Source: a virus (taxonomy: Duplodnaviria > Heunggongvirae > Uroviricota > Caudoviricetes). From it: DNA of 64,000 nucleotides. The stretch's first letter is position 1, and each line of letters starts with the position of its first letter. Location: IMG/VR virus record IMGVR_UViG_3300015214_000024, positions 169,787-233,786 of that record; one strand, given 5' to 3'. The notes beneath the pieces are model-generated. The model had not been told where the DNA came from. It searched no databases and worked only from the letters and a program-made list of their open reading frames with translations. Made by a program: the position numbers and the translations under genes. Shown piece after piece: positions 1 through 10,244 of the stretch.

Positions 1-1066
1 GAAAATCGAAGACTCAATCAAATTAGATTTTTCAGACGTACTAATCAAGCCAAAAAGATCTACACTCACAAGCCGCAAAGAAGCGATTCTATCAAGGCCC
101 TTCACTTTTAAATATTCATCCAGACCTTGGTCAGGTATTCCAATTGTATCAGCAAATATGGATACGACTGGTACTTTCGATATGGCATCTGTGCTTTCAT
201 ATTATAATATGGTCACAGCTCTGCACAAGCACTATACAATTGATGAAATGTATGAATACATTTCAAATCAAAAATTGCTTACAGTTCAGAATAACTTATT
301 TGTATCTGTTGGAATCGGCCAGGAAGATTGGGGCAAGTATTTACTTTTAAGAGAAAAACTAGGATATTTCCCTAATGTTTGTATAGACGTCGCTAACGGG
401 TATATGGAAAAATTTGTTCAATTTTGTACCAATGCAAGAGATACTATTGGTGATAGTGCAATCATTATGGCTGGTAATGTTGTTTCTTCTGAAATGACTG
501 AACAGCTTATCTTAAAGGGTGTTGATATTGTAAAAGTTGGTATTGGTTCCGGTGCTCATTGTACTACTCGTGTGGTGGCAGGCGTTGGATATCCGCAGCT
601 ATCAGCCATTATAGAATGTGCCGATGCTGCTCACGGCCTGGGAGGTCATATTTGCAGCGATGGTGGCATTACTAATCCTGGTGATATGGTCAAAGCTTTC
701 GGTGCCGGCGCCGACTTTGTTATGATCGGAAGTGAATTTGCTGGTCACGATGAAAGTGGTGGTGATGAAGTCTACAATGATGGTGAAATTGTAGGTAAAG
801 TTACTTACGGTATGAGTTCATCAACTGCTATGAAAAAACATTATGGAAAAGTAGATGAATACCGTTCCAGTGAAGGAAGAACGTCAGTAGTACCATATCG
901 TGGACCTTTGTTGAATACCATACAATATTATTGTGGAGGATTGCGCTCAGGTATGACATATGTTGGGGCCAAATCTTTAAAAGAGCTAAGTAAGCGAACT
1001 ACATTTATCAGGGTTAACCGAGTTTTGAATGAAAAATATGAAAAAGAAACTTTGACAAAACGGTAA
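1..1066 (+). CDS. guaC: GMP reductase (start codon straddles window edge)
   Basis: Frame open from nt 2 (KIEDSIKLDFSDVLIKPKRS); CIDVANGY, KVGIGSGAHCTTR and GADFVM motifs. Confidence 0.93.
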   Translation, partial: KIEDSIKLDFSDVLIKPKRSTLTSRKEAILSRPFTFKYSSRPWSGIPIVSANMDTTGTFDMASVLSYYNMVTALHKHYTIDEMYEYISNQKLLTVQNNLFVSVGIGQEDWGKYLLLREKLGYFPNVCIDVANGYMEKFVQFCTNARDTIGDSAIIMAGNVVSSEMTEQLILKGVDIVKVGIGSGAHCTTRVVAGVGYPQLSAIIECADAAHGLGGHICSDGGITNPGDMVKAFGAGADFVMIGSEFAGHDESGGDEVYNDGEIVGKVTYGMSSSTAMKKHYGKVDEYRSSEGRTSVVPYRGPLLNTIQYYCGGLRSGMTYVGAKSLKELSKRTTFIRVNRVLNEKYEKETLTKR

Positions 1067-1131
1067 TAAAACATTTGACATCGTTCTTCGATATGTTATA
1101 TGTCGTTAGTCAGCAATAAAAGGGCACTTGT

Positions 1132-1503
1132 ATGAAGAAGGTAATTTTGGCAGCGGCGTTGATGCTCGGCGTAACATCGCCCGTGATGGCGACGGTAACG
1201 AATCCGGCATTGCCTCCAGAGACAGTTAATTTAATGATAGTCTCTGTTGGAACACTTTATAATGACAATATGGTCAAGATGACAAATGGTGATGGTAAAT
1301 CAATTACCGTTCATCTTTCAGACTGTGATATTGATTGGAATACTGGTGATTCGTTTTATCTAGTTGTATCACAATCTGGCGCTGCTTATACGGTACCAGT
1401 TGTTGACTTCCAAGTTGCATATCGAATGACTGGGAAGAATTGGAATGATACGGTCAATTTGCTGGCGCGAGCCGGTAAAATGTGCAAAGTACGTGCAGAT
1501 TGA
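1132..1503 (+). CDS. Hypothetical exported protein
   Basis: Signal-peptide-like N-terminus; TTGACA promoter upstream. Confidence 0.7.
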   Translation: MKKVILAAALMLGVTSPVMATVTNPALPPETVNLMIVSVGTLYNDNMVKMTNGDGKSITVHLSDCDIDWNTGDSFYLVVSQSGAAYTVPVVDFQVAYRMTGKNWNDTVNLLARAGKMCKVRAD

Positions 1504-1633
1504 TAATCTTACATTAAATTAATAAATAATTGTAAGAAATTAAAAACCAAAGCCCCTCAAAGGCAGCGGACTCTTAAGTGGGTGGCTTAGCCTTTGGGGG
1601 GTTTTTTATGTTCTGTGAAGGGAGAACAAATTA

Positions 1634-2044
1634 ATGGGCATCAGGTTGGAATTTAAGCATATTATGGTTCGTGCTATTGTTAAAAATCCAGTTAAAACCG
1701 TTGATGAGCTTAAAGCTTGGTCTTTGGGGGTAATTGATGCAGTTAATATGAAGGTTGCTGAAATTCCAGGTGAGAAAAATCCTATTGCGTGGAAGTGTGA
1801 AATTCCAGGAAATGAAGGAATGACGCTCGTCGCAGTTATTGAGACTTCTAATTTGGCATACCACGATTGGATTGTTGAAGGCGGCACTATGGTTGAACTT
1901 GATCTTTTTAGTTGCGGCCCGTTCACAAAAGAACAAGTTATTGGTGAAATAATGAAACTTGATCCTATTAGTTTAGAATACAAATTTTTTGATAGAGAGC
2001 ATTCATTGGATTTGCTAGATGAAGGATCGTTCATTTTTGATTGA
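1634..2044 (+). CDS. speD: S-adenosylmethionine decarboxylase-like proenzyme
   Basis: GMTLVAVIETSNLAYHDW...LDLFSC resembles phage AdoMetDC. Confidence 0.7.
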   Translation: MGIRLEFKHIMVRAIVKNPVKTVDELKAWSLGVIDAVNMKVAEIPGEKNPIAWKCEIPGNEGMTLVAVIETSNLAYHDWIVEGGTMVELDLFSCGPFTKEQVIGEIMKLDPISLEYKFFDREHSLDLLDEGSFIFD

Positions 2045-2046
2045 AT

Positions 2047-2077
2047 GAAAATGCCCTTGGCACCAAGGGCATTTTCG
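2047..2077. terminator. Bidirectional terminator between convergent genes
   Basis: GAAAATGCCCTTGG-ca-CCAAGGGCATTTTC inverted repeat. Confidence 0.8.
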
Positions 2078-2089
2078 TATTTGCCTATA

Positions 2090-2704
2090 TTAAACTAACC
2101 AAGAATAGTATTTCTTAGTCATATCACGTCGATGTGCTAATCCGTTTGTTCCGCCGTTTATACGCTTTGTTACCGCTACAATATTTGATTCTGAAATTGA
2201 TGTGCATAATGACCATAGACTATTATGGTCAAAAAACCACTTAGCTGATTGGAATGCATATTTGGTAAGTACAATATCAGGATTGGAAACTATTTCGTTA
2301 TCGTGCATCGCTTGTGCAAAAAGAGAATAGTTGCTTGAACCAGTAAGTTGGATAGGACCACGGCCGCGGTATTTCCAACCATCACCAGACGCTTCTGACC
2401 CATTTCCCATTCTATTAGAATAAACTTTATTTGCAATCTTAATAGGTTGGCGAGCATATTGGGTAGCCATTGAAATATTTGGAAAATATTTACCAAAAAC
2501 TTTAACTAGTGATTGTGCTGAATAATTTAAATTTTCAGTAAAAATGGTAAAACCGGCCGATTCGTGCGAACATTGGCCAAAAAAATGAGCGCCTTGCGAC
2601 GCAGTCAGCTTAAAAAAAGCAGTTCCTTTTTTTAAAGTTTCAGGACCAAACCCACCATCAGGGACGGCACCAATTTGTTTTTGGAATTCAATAAGTGGAT
2701 TCAT
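2090..2704 (-). CDS. Glycoside hydrolase family 19 endolysin with short PG-binding N-terminus
   Basis: HESAGF..ENLNYS, YRGRGPIQLTG, INGGTNGL motifs. Confidence 0.9.
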   Translation of the reverse strand: MNPLIEFQKQIGAVPDGGFGPETLKKGTAFFKLTASQGAHFFGQCSHESAGFTIFTENLNYSAQSLVKVFGKYFPNISMATQYARQPIKIANKVYSNRMGNGSEASGDGWKYRGRGPIQLTGSSNYSLFAQAMHDNEIVSNPDIVLTKYAFQSAKWFFDHNSLWSLCTSISESNIVAVTKRINGGTNGLAHRRDMTKKYYSWLV

Positions 2705-2829
2705 TTCAGATCCCCCCTTTTAATTATCTTATAGGTTATTTATTTTGTTAGGATGGCCAGCCCAATAAATAGATTGAGTTTTTGATTTCTATCAATTATA
2801 GTGACTTATAAAAATATGGATTTATTATA

Positions 2830-3975
2830 ATGAAAATTTCAATACCAATTTACTTTTTCACAGGCCTGGCGGCCATTTCAATGGCTTGTGTTGCAGCTTT
2901 TTTTAGTATTACTGGTTTGGCCGCACTGTATGCAGCCGCCGCCGTACCTGTTATTGTAATGGGATCTTGTATTGAATTTAGCAAAATAGTATCAACAGTT
3001 TGGTTGCATCATTTTTGGAAAAAGTCTAATTTCTTGATGGTCGGCACACTGATGTTAATGGTAGTTGCCAGTATGGCTGTCACTAGTGGCGGTGTTTATG
3101 GATATTTGACTGGATCACACGCCAGCCAAGAAGCACCAAATCAACAAAAACAATTAGTAGCTGATAGAATTGACCAACAACTTGCTGTAGAGCAGGATAA
3201 AATCACACGATATCAAGATCGATTAAAATCATTAGATGAAATAGTATCAACTTCGTTAACTCAAGGCAGATATAGTAGCTCAGCAGCGGATAGAATTAAT
3301 CGACGCCAAGCATCAGAACGAAGCCAAATTCAAGAAGAGATAGATGCGACGTATAAACGTATTGACGCCCTTTCAGCACAAAAACTTGACGTAAATCAAG
3401 AACAAAGTATGAGCGAAGCAAAGCTTGGTGCTGTAAAATATCTTGCAGCGTTATTTGGTGCCGACACTTCGAATGCAGTTATGTACTTCACTTTGATTAT
3501 GGTTTTGTTACTTGATCCGTTTGCTATTATTTTAGTCATCGCAACCCAAGTAGCATATGATAATCGTAAAAAGGTAAATGAACCAGTAAAGAAAAGAAAA
3601 TTAATTGCGCCTGAAATACCTGACGAGATTGTTGAAAAATTAGATAATGGCGACGAGTTACCGCCATTTGTTCCCACATTGGACAACGGACCAGAATCTG
3701 CAGACACGTTGGAAGGTCCAACCGATTATGTAATGCATCCAAATAGTGACGAAACAATAGAAGATAAAAAAGAAAAAATAGTTGATTTCTTTAATGATGA
3801 TGAAATTAAAAATGGCATTAATAATGCCGAAGATGAGACTATAATTAAAATTGATGAAGTGGTTAATTCATCCAACATTAGTGATGACGAAAAGGTTGCA
3901 CAAGTATTAAATGCCTTGGGTTCAACTTTATCTCCTGATCGAATGGAAGAAGTTAAGAAACGCTGGTTAGATTGA
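2830..3975 (+). CDS. Membrane protein with coiled-coil region
   Basis: Three N-terminal TM segments, coiled coil, one later TM. Confidence 0.7.
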   Translation: MKISIPIYFFTGLAAISMACVAAFFSITGLAALYAAAAVPVIVMGSCIEFSKIVSTVWLHHFWKKSNFLMVGTLMLMVVASMAVTSGGVYGYLTGSHASQEAPNQQKQLVADRIDQQLAVEQDKITRYQDRLKSLDEIVSTSLTQGRYSSSAADRINRRQASERSQIQEEIDATYKRIDALSAQKLDVNQEQSMSEAKLGAVKYLAALFGADTSNAVMYFTLIMVLLLDPFAIILVIATQVAYDNRKKVNEPVKKRKLIAPEIPDEIVEKLDNGDELPPFVPTLDNGPESADTLEGPTDYVMHPNSDETIEDKKEKIVDFFNDDEIKNGINNAEDETIIKIDEVVNSSNISDDEKVAQVLNALGSTLSPDRMEEVKKRWLD

Positions 3976-3985
3976 GGTATTTGTT

Positions 3986-4507
3986 ATGAAAAATTATGGT
4001 TGGTCGTCTCTGATGATAAAATTCAATGAGACAATTAATAATCAAATTATATCGTTTGCTAATCAGGTAATTCCAATCGAATATCAGAGCGATCCAGAAA
4101 ATGGATCAGGTATTGTAACTGATCCACATATCAGTCTTATTACTGATTTGGAAATAACCTATCCAGAACATAAAATACGTGAAATAATAAAAAATATTCC
4201 ATCGTTTAAAGTTGAATTTGGGACCATTTCTTTTTTTAGAAATGACACAGTTGATGTGGCTAAAATTGATATTGAAAGCGATCAATTAAACGAGATTCAT
4301 TATCACCTGAAAGAGTTAATCCCCAATCATTACAAATTTGATGAATATCATCCACATTGTACGTTAGCCTTTGTTAAACCTGGAACGTGTGACTTTATAC
4401 TACAGCAATCAAATTATTTTCGTGGTATAAATTTTCAAGTTGATTGGATTAATTATAATTCAGCCAAAGGCGTGACATATCCTATAAAAATTAATCAAAA
4501 AAGTTAA
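3986..4507 (+). CDS. 2H phosphoesterase (Acb1/T4 57B-like)
   Basis: Two HxS/T motifs: PHISL and PHCTL. Confidence 0.75.
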   Translation: MKNYGWSSLMIKFNETINNQIISFANQVIPIEYQSDPENGSGIVTDPHISLITDLEITYPEHKIREIIKNIPSFKVEFGTISFFRNDTVDVAKIDIESDQLNEIHYHLKELIPNHYKFDEYHPHCTLAFVKPGTCDFILQQSNYFRGINFQVDWINYNSAKGVTYPIKINQKS

Positions 4508-4560
4508 AAAACACGCCAAAAGTGGTTGACTTTTAAGTTATCTGTATATATATTAATAGA

Positions 4561-4781
4561 ACATAGACGCTGATGCGTAGTATTCAGTTACTTCGATAGA
4601 ACGCTCAAAACGAATGGCCCTGGCCATTTATTGCACCAGGAGGTGAAAATCCTTCAATTCAAATCGATGGCGGGTAACTCCTAACCTGGTATTTGAAATG
4701 CTAACAGATAAAGGCTAGTTAGCAGGACGGTATTCCTTATTACCAAAGCTTCTGGATACGATATTAACACAGTGTTATGGT
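4561..4781 (+). ncRNA. Y-RNA-like ncRNA 1 (directly upstream of Ro60)
   Basis: GCGUA-GUAUUCAG-UUACUUCG 5' motif; CUGGAUAC complement; paired ends; TTGACT promoter at ~4526. Confidence 0.7.
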
Positions 4782-4892
4782 CAATTTATTGAGCCCTAAA
4801 GTTAAGGAGGTCACCTTTGAAGGACCGTCCCTGGCTTTAGGGACAATCTAGATCATATCGCTGTCCGATGAAGAAAAGAAGAGGAAAGAGAT

Positions 4893-6452
4893 ATGAAGTT
4901 CAATACACCAGGTCAAGCACCAATTCAATCACAAACGTCACCAAATACCGTTACTCACGAAGGCGCACCATCATATAAGTTTGATTCCATTATGGAACTT
5001 TATATGGCAGTTGCGACCACACTTATGGGTGAACCAAAGTTTTATGAATCAGGTGATGAACGCGCTAAGCGCATTCGCCGTTTGATTTCCAAAGCAGTCC
5101 AATCTGGTGAAATTGAAACTGTAGCAAAGTTGGCAGTTTACTGCCGTGAAACTTTGAACCTACGTTCAGTCCCAATCTTTATCACTGTATCTTTGGCGAA
5201 GGAAATTCGTGATCAAAAGATCGCCTGGGACGGCCTCCGCCGCCTCGCTAACCGGGTTATTCAACGTGCTGACGAAGTTCGCGAAATGTTCGCTGCTGCT
5301 GAGCAAATTTTCGGTGATAACCAGAACAACAAAGTGTTTAAGCGCATTGTTCCAAAGGCTCTCTTAAAGGGCATCGGTGATTCTTTGAACAAGTTTGATG
5401 AATACCAGATTGCCAAGTACAAGGGTGGTTCAGGCGCAGTGTCGTTCAAGGACGTTCTTCGAGTCATTCACCCAAAGCCAGCTAACGAATCAAAGGGAAT
5501 TCTTTTCGCTAAGATTATGAATGATTCTTTGGCCCCAGCTGACACTTGGGAAAATAAGATCTCAAACGAAGGCTCAACGTCTGAAAATTGGCAAGAAATT
5601 GCCAATGACTCAAAGGTTGGTATTATGGCAAAGCTTCGCAATTTGCGCAACTTTGTCAAGCACAAGGTTGATTTGACAAATGTCATCGCACATTTGACCA
5701 ACCCAGTCGCAGTAGCCAACAGCAAGCAATTGCCATTCCGTTGGTACACTGCGTATCGTGAACTTGGCGGTGAAAGTATGAAGCGCAATTGGTATTACCG
5801 CGCACCAACTCCAGAAGTAGTTGCTCCAGCAAACCTTTTGGGTGCTTTGGAAGATGCTTTTGATTTGTCAATTGCAAACTTGCCAGATTTGGGTGATGAT
5901 GTTTTGATTATCGCTGACCAGAGCGGTTCAATGCAGAGCCCAATCAGTCAAAAGAGCACAGTAACTTGTGCGGAAATCGCCGCTGTTTTGGCAGCCGGTG
6001 TTTGGTTCAACCAAACACGCTTAGGTAAGCGCGCTTTTGTGGCCGGCTTTGCTGATCGCGGTAAGGTCTACTCGTGGAGCAATCGTACATCAGCTTTGGC
6101 TGCGGCTAAAGAAATGATGAATACTGAGCTTGGCGGTTCTACTCGAATTGACACGGCTTGGCAGGCTGCTAAAGCTGCTGGTTTGAAACCATCAACTATT
6201 ATCGTCTTGAGCGATATGCAGATGACGGGCTCACATTATGAGCGTTTGATGGATCCAGAAGCTTATGGCTTGGCCAATGTCAACACTCTTAAATTGTCAG
6301 TTAACCTTCAAGGTTATGACAACACGCCATTGGCTGTTAATAACGGCTGGTACCAGCTAACTGGTTGGAGTGAAAAGATCTTCAGCTTCGTTGAAGCTAT
6401 GCGCAATCCAAGCGATGCGATAAATCAGATCAAGAATTCAATCCAACTTTAA
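4893..6452 (+). CDS. rsr: Ro60/TROVE-domain RNA-binding protein with vWA domain
   Basis: RADE, KFDEYQIAKY, LRNLRN, QLPFR motifs; DQSGSM MIDAS motif. Confidence 0.92.
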   Translation: MKFNTPGQAPIQSQTSPNTVTHEGAPSYKFDSIMELYMAVATTLMGEPKFYESGDERAKRIRRLISKAVQSGEIETVAKLAVYCRETLNLRSVPIFITVSLAKEIRDQKIAWDGLRRLANRVIQRADEVREMFAAAEQIFGDNQNNKVFKRIVPKALLKGIGDSLNKFDEYQIAKYKGGSGAVSFKDVLRVIHPKPANESKGILFAKIMNDSLAPADTWENKISNEGSTSENWQEIANDSKVGIMAKLRNLRNFVKHKVDLTNVIAHLTNPVAVANSKQLPFRWYTAYRELGGESMKRNWYYRAPTPEVVAPANLLGALEDAFDLSIANLPDLGDDVLIIADQSGSMQSPISQKSTVTCAEIAAVLAAGVWFNQTRLGKRAFVAGFADRGKVYSWSNRTSALAAAKEMMNTELGGSTRIDTAWQAAKAAGLKPSTIIVLSDMQMTGSHYERLMDPEAYGLANVNTLKLSVNLQGYDNTPLAVNNGWYQLTGWSEKIFSFVEAMRNPSDAINQIKNSIQL

Positions 6453-7159
6453 TGAGAAGGAAAAAGGGCGGGATGCTCAAAAATTGGTATATTCAGAAAG
6501 TTAAAAAGCCCGGCGCTGAAACATTGGATGGCTGGGAGAATTGGACTGAAAAAACCAAAAATGAGCATCCTGCCCTTTATTTTCTGTTTGAAACGTTACC
6601 GAGATTTTTTTCAGTAAAAAAACGCCGAATTTGGGATTTGAAATACCACCTCAAACAAAAATATTTTCACGGATATCACAATTTACGCCTTGATGTAAAA
6701 CGGTTTAAAGCACCGTATAACAAAGAAAGATTGCACAAATATTCGTGGATGGATGCAGATAGTCAAATGGAATTGTTTATGTTCCAAATCTTAGTCAACT
6801 TTATTGAAAAAGAAGTTGGATATAATCAATTTGTCGAAATTGCATATGATGACGAAAAAAACAATACTTCTGATCGATACAAAGAATTACTTGAGCTGTA
6901 TCATTGGTTTATTGACGACTATTGCGATCAATCATTTTCAGATTTGCTACACAAAGAATTGTACGATCAATTTCCAGATTTCAAATCATTACGGAAAACA
7001 TCGCTTTTTTCAAAACCAAAAACCCAGCGTGAACGTGACTATCATCAGGCAAATGCAATAATGATGTCTAAAATATCAGATCGTGATGAAATTCTTGAAG
7101 AACAAATGGGAAACAATTTAATTAAATTGATTAAATTGCGTGGCTGTATGTGGACATAA
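6452..7159 (+). CDS. Hypothetical protein
   Basis: 235-aa ORF coupled to the Ro60 stop. Confidence 0.7.
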   Translation: MRRKKGGMLKNWYIQKVKKPGAETLDGWENWTEKTKNEHPALYFLFETLPRFFSVKKRRIWDLKYHLKQKYFHGYHNLRLDVKRFKAPYNKERLHKYSWMDADSQMELFMFQILVNFIEKEVGYNQFVEIAYDDEKNNTSDRYKELLELYHWFIDDYCDQSFSDLLHKELYDQFPDFKSLRKTSLFSKPKTQRERDYHQANAIMMSKISDRDEILEEQMGNNLIKLIKLRGCMWT

Positions 7160-7220
7160 TTTGTTTGACAAAGAAAATAAACCAGTATAATATGCAATAT
7201 CAACCCAAATAGGAGATTAA

Positions 7221-7736
7221 ATGAAAACTCAAACTGTTAAAATGAATAGGGATATTAGGGAACAATCGGTTCGTCTTATTGACGAAAACGGTAACCAATT
7301 AGGAATTATGCCTACCAACACTGCTCTGAATCTTGCCGCCGAGCGAGAACTAGATTTGGTAGAAATTAATCCCGGTGAAATTCCAGTTTGTAAAATTATG
7401 GATTGGGGCAAAGAGCAGTATCGAAAGAAAAAGCTCAAGCACCAGCAGCAAATTAACAGCAAGAAACAAGAAACAAAAGAGCTGTATCTCCGACCAGTAA
7501 CTGGTGAACACGACATTCAGATTAAAGTGCGCCAGGCAATGAAGTTCTTAGAGCAAGGACACAAGGTTAAAATTGGTATGAAATTCCAAGGCCGAGAAAT
7601 GGCCCACCGCGATGTTGGCCAATCAGTTATGGAATCGATTATTGATCAATTTTCCAATCGGTCTATTGAACATATGCCATTCCGTAATAATCAAATCCAG
7701 ATCATCATTTCGCCCACACCAAGTAAGGCGAAATGA
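7221..7736 (+). CDS. infC: Translation initiation factor IF-3
   Basis: VRLIDENG..LDLVEI..PVCKIMDWGK..HD..K..FL..GHKVK..GREMAH. Confidence 0.95.
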   Translation: MKTQTVKMNRDIREQSVRLIDENGNQLGIMPTNTALNLAAERELDLVEINPGEIPVCKIMDWGKEQYRKKKLKHQQQINSKKQETKELYLRPVTGEHDIQIKVRQAMKFLEQGHKVKIGMKFQGREMAHRDVGQSVMESIIDQFSNRSIEHMPFRNNQIQIIISPTPSKAK

Positions 7737-7953
7737 ATAAAGATTATTCTATAAATTATAGGGATAAATCTTGCCGTATCCCACATTCAGGATATATGAT
7801 ATTAGTGGATCAATTGATGCTAAAGCCGGACGACATTATTGAGAAGACAATTGATCTTTTTATTTCGTCCGGTGTTGATTTTAGACAGATCCATCTCTAT
7901 GTTTCATACAGTAATGATGGAAATCATATTATTAATCTAATGGCATTATAACA

Positions 7954-8652
7954 ATGACTAATTTTGCATTTGATGTTGATGGTACTTTAACTGACAGCCG
8001 CCGGATAATTGATCCAGCATTCAAAGAATTCTTTTTAAATTTCACTAAAGAGAATACCGTATATCTAGTAACTGGTAGTGATTATCCAAAAACACTTGAA
8101 CAAGTTGGTGACGAAATACTTAATAGTGTTGAAGCTGTTTTTTGCTGTTGCGGTAATGCAGAATATCGAAAAGGCCAACTAATATCGCAAAGCGATTTTA
8201 AAGTCAATGACCAACTTCGATCGTTCTTCCTTGAAATGATGAACGAGAGCCAATTTTATCCCAAAACTGGAAACCATATTGAAGAACGAATCGGTATGGT
8301 TAATTTCAGTATTGTGGGTCGTAATGCAACTTTAGAGGACCGACAGGATTATATCATTTGGGATAAAATGACTTATGAGCGGGAAATAATTAAAAGCTGC
8401 ATTGAAGATCGGTTTGATGAACTTGAAGTTACCCTGGGTGGCGAAACTGGACTTGATATCTACCCAAAAGGAAAAGACAAGTCACAAGTTGCAGATTTGA
8501 TCAGTCCATTCATATTTTTCGGTGACCGTATTGAAGAAGGCGGTAATGATTTGACAATTGCCCAAAAAGCTACTATACACTATAATGTAAGCGGGTGGAA
8601 AGACACTTATTCTATTTTGAAAGAAAAATATACCAATGGCAAGTGTGAGTAA
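7954..8652 (+). CDS. HAD-family phosphomannomutase (eukaryote-type PMM)
   Basis: FDVDGTLT, HIEERIGMVNFS, FFGD..GGND. Confidence 0.85.
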   Translation: MTNFAFDVDGTLTDSRRIIDPAFKEFFLNFTKENTVYLVTGSDYPKTLEQVGDEILNSVEAVFCCCGNAEYRKGQLISQSDFKVNDQLRSFFLEMMNESQFYPKTGNHIEERIGMVNFSIVGRNATLEDRQDYIIWDKMTYEREIIKSCIEDRFDELEVTLGGETGLDIYPKGKDKSQVADLISPFIFFGDRIEEGGNDLTIAQKATIHYNVSGWKDTYSILKEKYTNGKCE

Positions 8653-8965
8653 AAAATTTAAAGTCAGTGGTGGAAGATACACTGGACAGGTTCATCCAGG
8701 TACTAATTCACCAGTGGTTGAATGGTTTGCGACTAATTTAGAAATGCCATCTAAGAGAGCAGCCATAAAGTGGATGAATGATAAACGCAAAGCGTATCAA
8801 GCCAGCGGTATAATGACGACTTTTTCGTATCACGAATCAATATCAAAATCATATGATATTGTAGAAGACGAAAAAGGTAAAATTAAATTATGGTGTTTCG
8901 GCCGCGGATAATATTATATCTAGCCACATTATAAATATTTGAGTATCATTTAAAGGAGTGAAAAG

Positions 8966-8986
8966 ATGACACGAACTACTAGCTGA
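8966..8986 (+). promoter_or_regulatory. Thr-rich leader peptide MTRTTS upstream of thrS
   Basis: AAGGAG RBS; ATG ACA CGA ACT ACT AGC TGA; hairpin at 8985-9020. Confidence 0.75.
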
Positions 8987-9058
8987 CCATCCAGCAAATC
9001 ACTAGGATTGTTGGATGGTCGTATTCAACATTTTCTAACGTGATTTAATAGGAGATCA

Positions 9059-10243
9059 GTGATGTTATACGATCATCGTAAAATTGGCCGAGAAATGGGC
9101 CTATTTCATATTCAAGAAGACGCCGCAGGCTCAGTATTTTGGCACCCACGCGGCTATGCACTTTACCGTAATATTGAAAATTATATTCGAATGAAACAAC
9201 TTCAGTATGGCTATGACGAAGTCAAAAGTCCACAACTGTATGATGTTTCACTTTGGAAAAAGAGTGGTCATTGGGATCACTTCAAGGAAAATATGTATTC
9301 TATTGAGGATTCAAATTTCTCCTTGAAACCTATGAATTGTCCAGGCCACATTCAAATCTTCAATTCTGACCTAATTTCTTATAAACAACTACCTTTGCGG
9401 CTGGCTGAATTTGGTTGTTGCCATCGTAATGAGCCATCTGGTGCATTACACGGTATAATGCGTGTCCGACAGTTTGTCCAAGATGACGCTCATATTTTTT
9501 GTATGGAAAACCAGATTCAATCAGAAGCATTAGCATTTTGTAAAATGCTTCAGGAAGTTTATGATGATTTTGGATTTAAAAATATCAAAGTAGCCTTAAG
9601 TCTGAGACCGGATGACCGTGCTGGCAATGACGCTGATTGGGATTTGGCCGAACAGGCATTAGAGGAAGCCATCAAGCAGGCCGGGTTTGAATACATTCTC
9701 CAGCCAGGTGAAGGTGCATTTTACGGTCCTAAATTGGAATTTGCACTAATCGACCAAGGCGGCCGTGAATGGCAATGTGGTACCATACAATTAGACTTTG
9801 TTTTGGCTGGACGACTTGGGGCAAAATATGTTGCTCAAGATGGTAGCCAAAAAGTGCCAGTTATTTTACACCGTGCAGTATTGGGTTCATTAGAACGATT
9901 TATTGGTATTCTTTTAGAGCATTATGGTAAGGATTTACCAGTATGGCTATTAAAAGACCAATTTGCTGTTTTGCCAATCAAGCCATCAGTCAATGATTAC
10001 GCTTGCAATGTGAAAGAAGCTGTGCTACAATTTGGCTTTAATGCAGAATTGGATTCTGATGATATTTCTCTTGGTGACAAGATTAAAAAATATTATCATA
10101 TTCCCAATCTCATTATTATCGGAGACCGTGAGGCTAAAAACGGCCAAGTTGTTTGGCGAAAACTTGATGGTTCACAGGAAGTTATTGATTTACATATTTT
10201 TTATGAAAAAGTGAAAAATGTGAAAAATCCGTTGAAAAAGTAA
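9059..10243 (+). CDS. thrS: Threonyl-tRNA synthetase lacking N-terminal editing domains
   Basis: DHRKIG, LKPMNCPGH, RVRQFVQDDAH, GEGAFYGPK, HRAVLGSLERF. Confidence 0.95.
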   Translation: MMLYDHRKIGREMGLFHIQEDAAGSVFWHPRGYALYRNIENYIRMKQLQYGYDEVKSPQLYDVSLWKKSGHWDHFKENMYSIEDSNFSLKPMNCPGHIQIFNSDLISYKQLPLRLAEFGCCHRNEPSGALHGIMRVRQFVQDDAHIFCMENQIQSEALAFCKMLQEVYDDFGFKNIKVALSLRPDDRAGNDADWDLAEQALEEAIKQAGFEYILQPGEGAFYGPKLEFALIDQGGREWQCGTIQLDFVLAGRLGAKYVAQDGSQKVPVILHRAVLGSLERFIGILLEHYGKDLPVWLLKDQFAVLPIKPSVNDYACNVKEAVLQFGFNAELDSDDISLGDKIKKYYHIPNLIIIGDREAKNGQVVWRKLDGSQEVIDLHIFYEKVKNVKNPLKK

Positions 10244-10244
10244 T

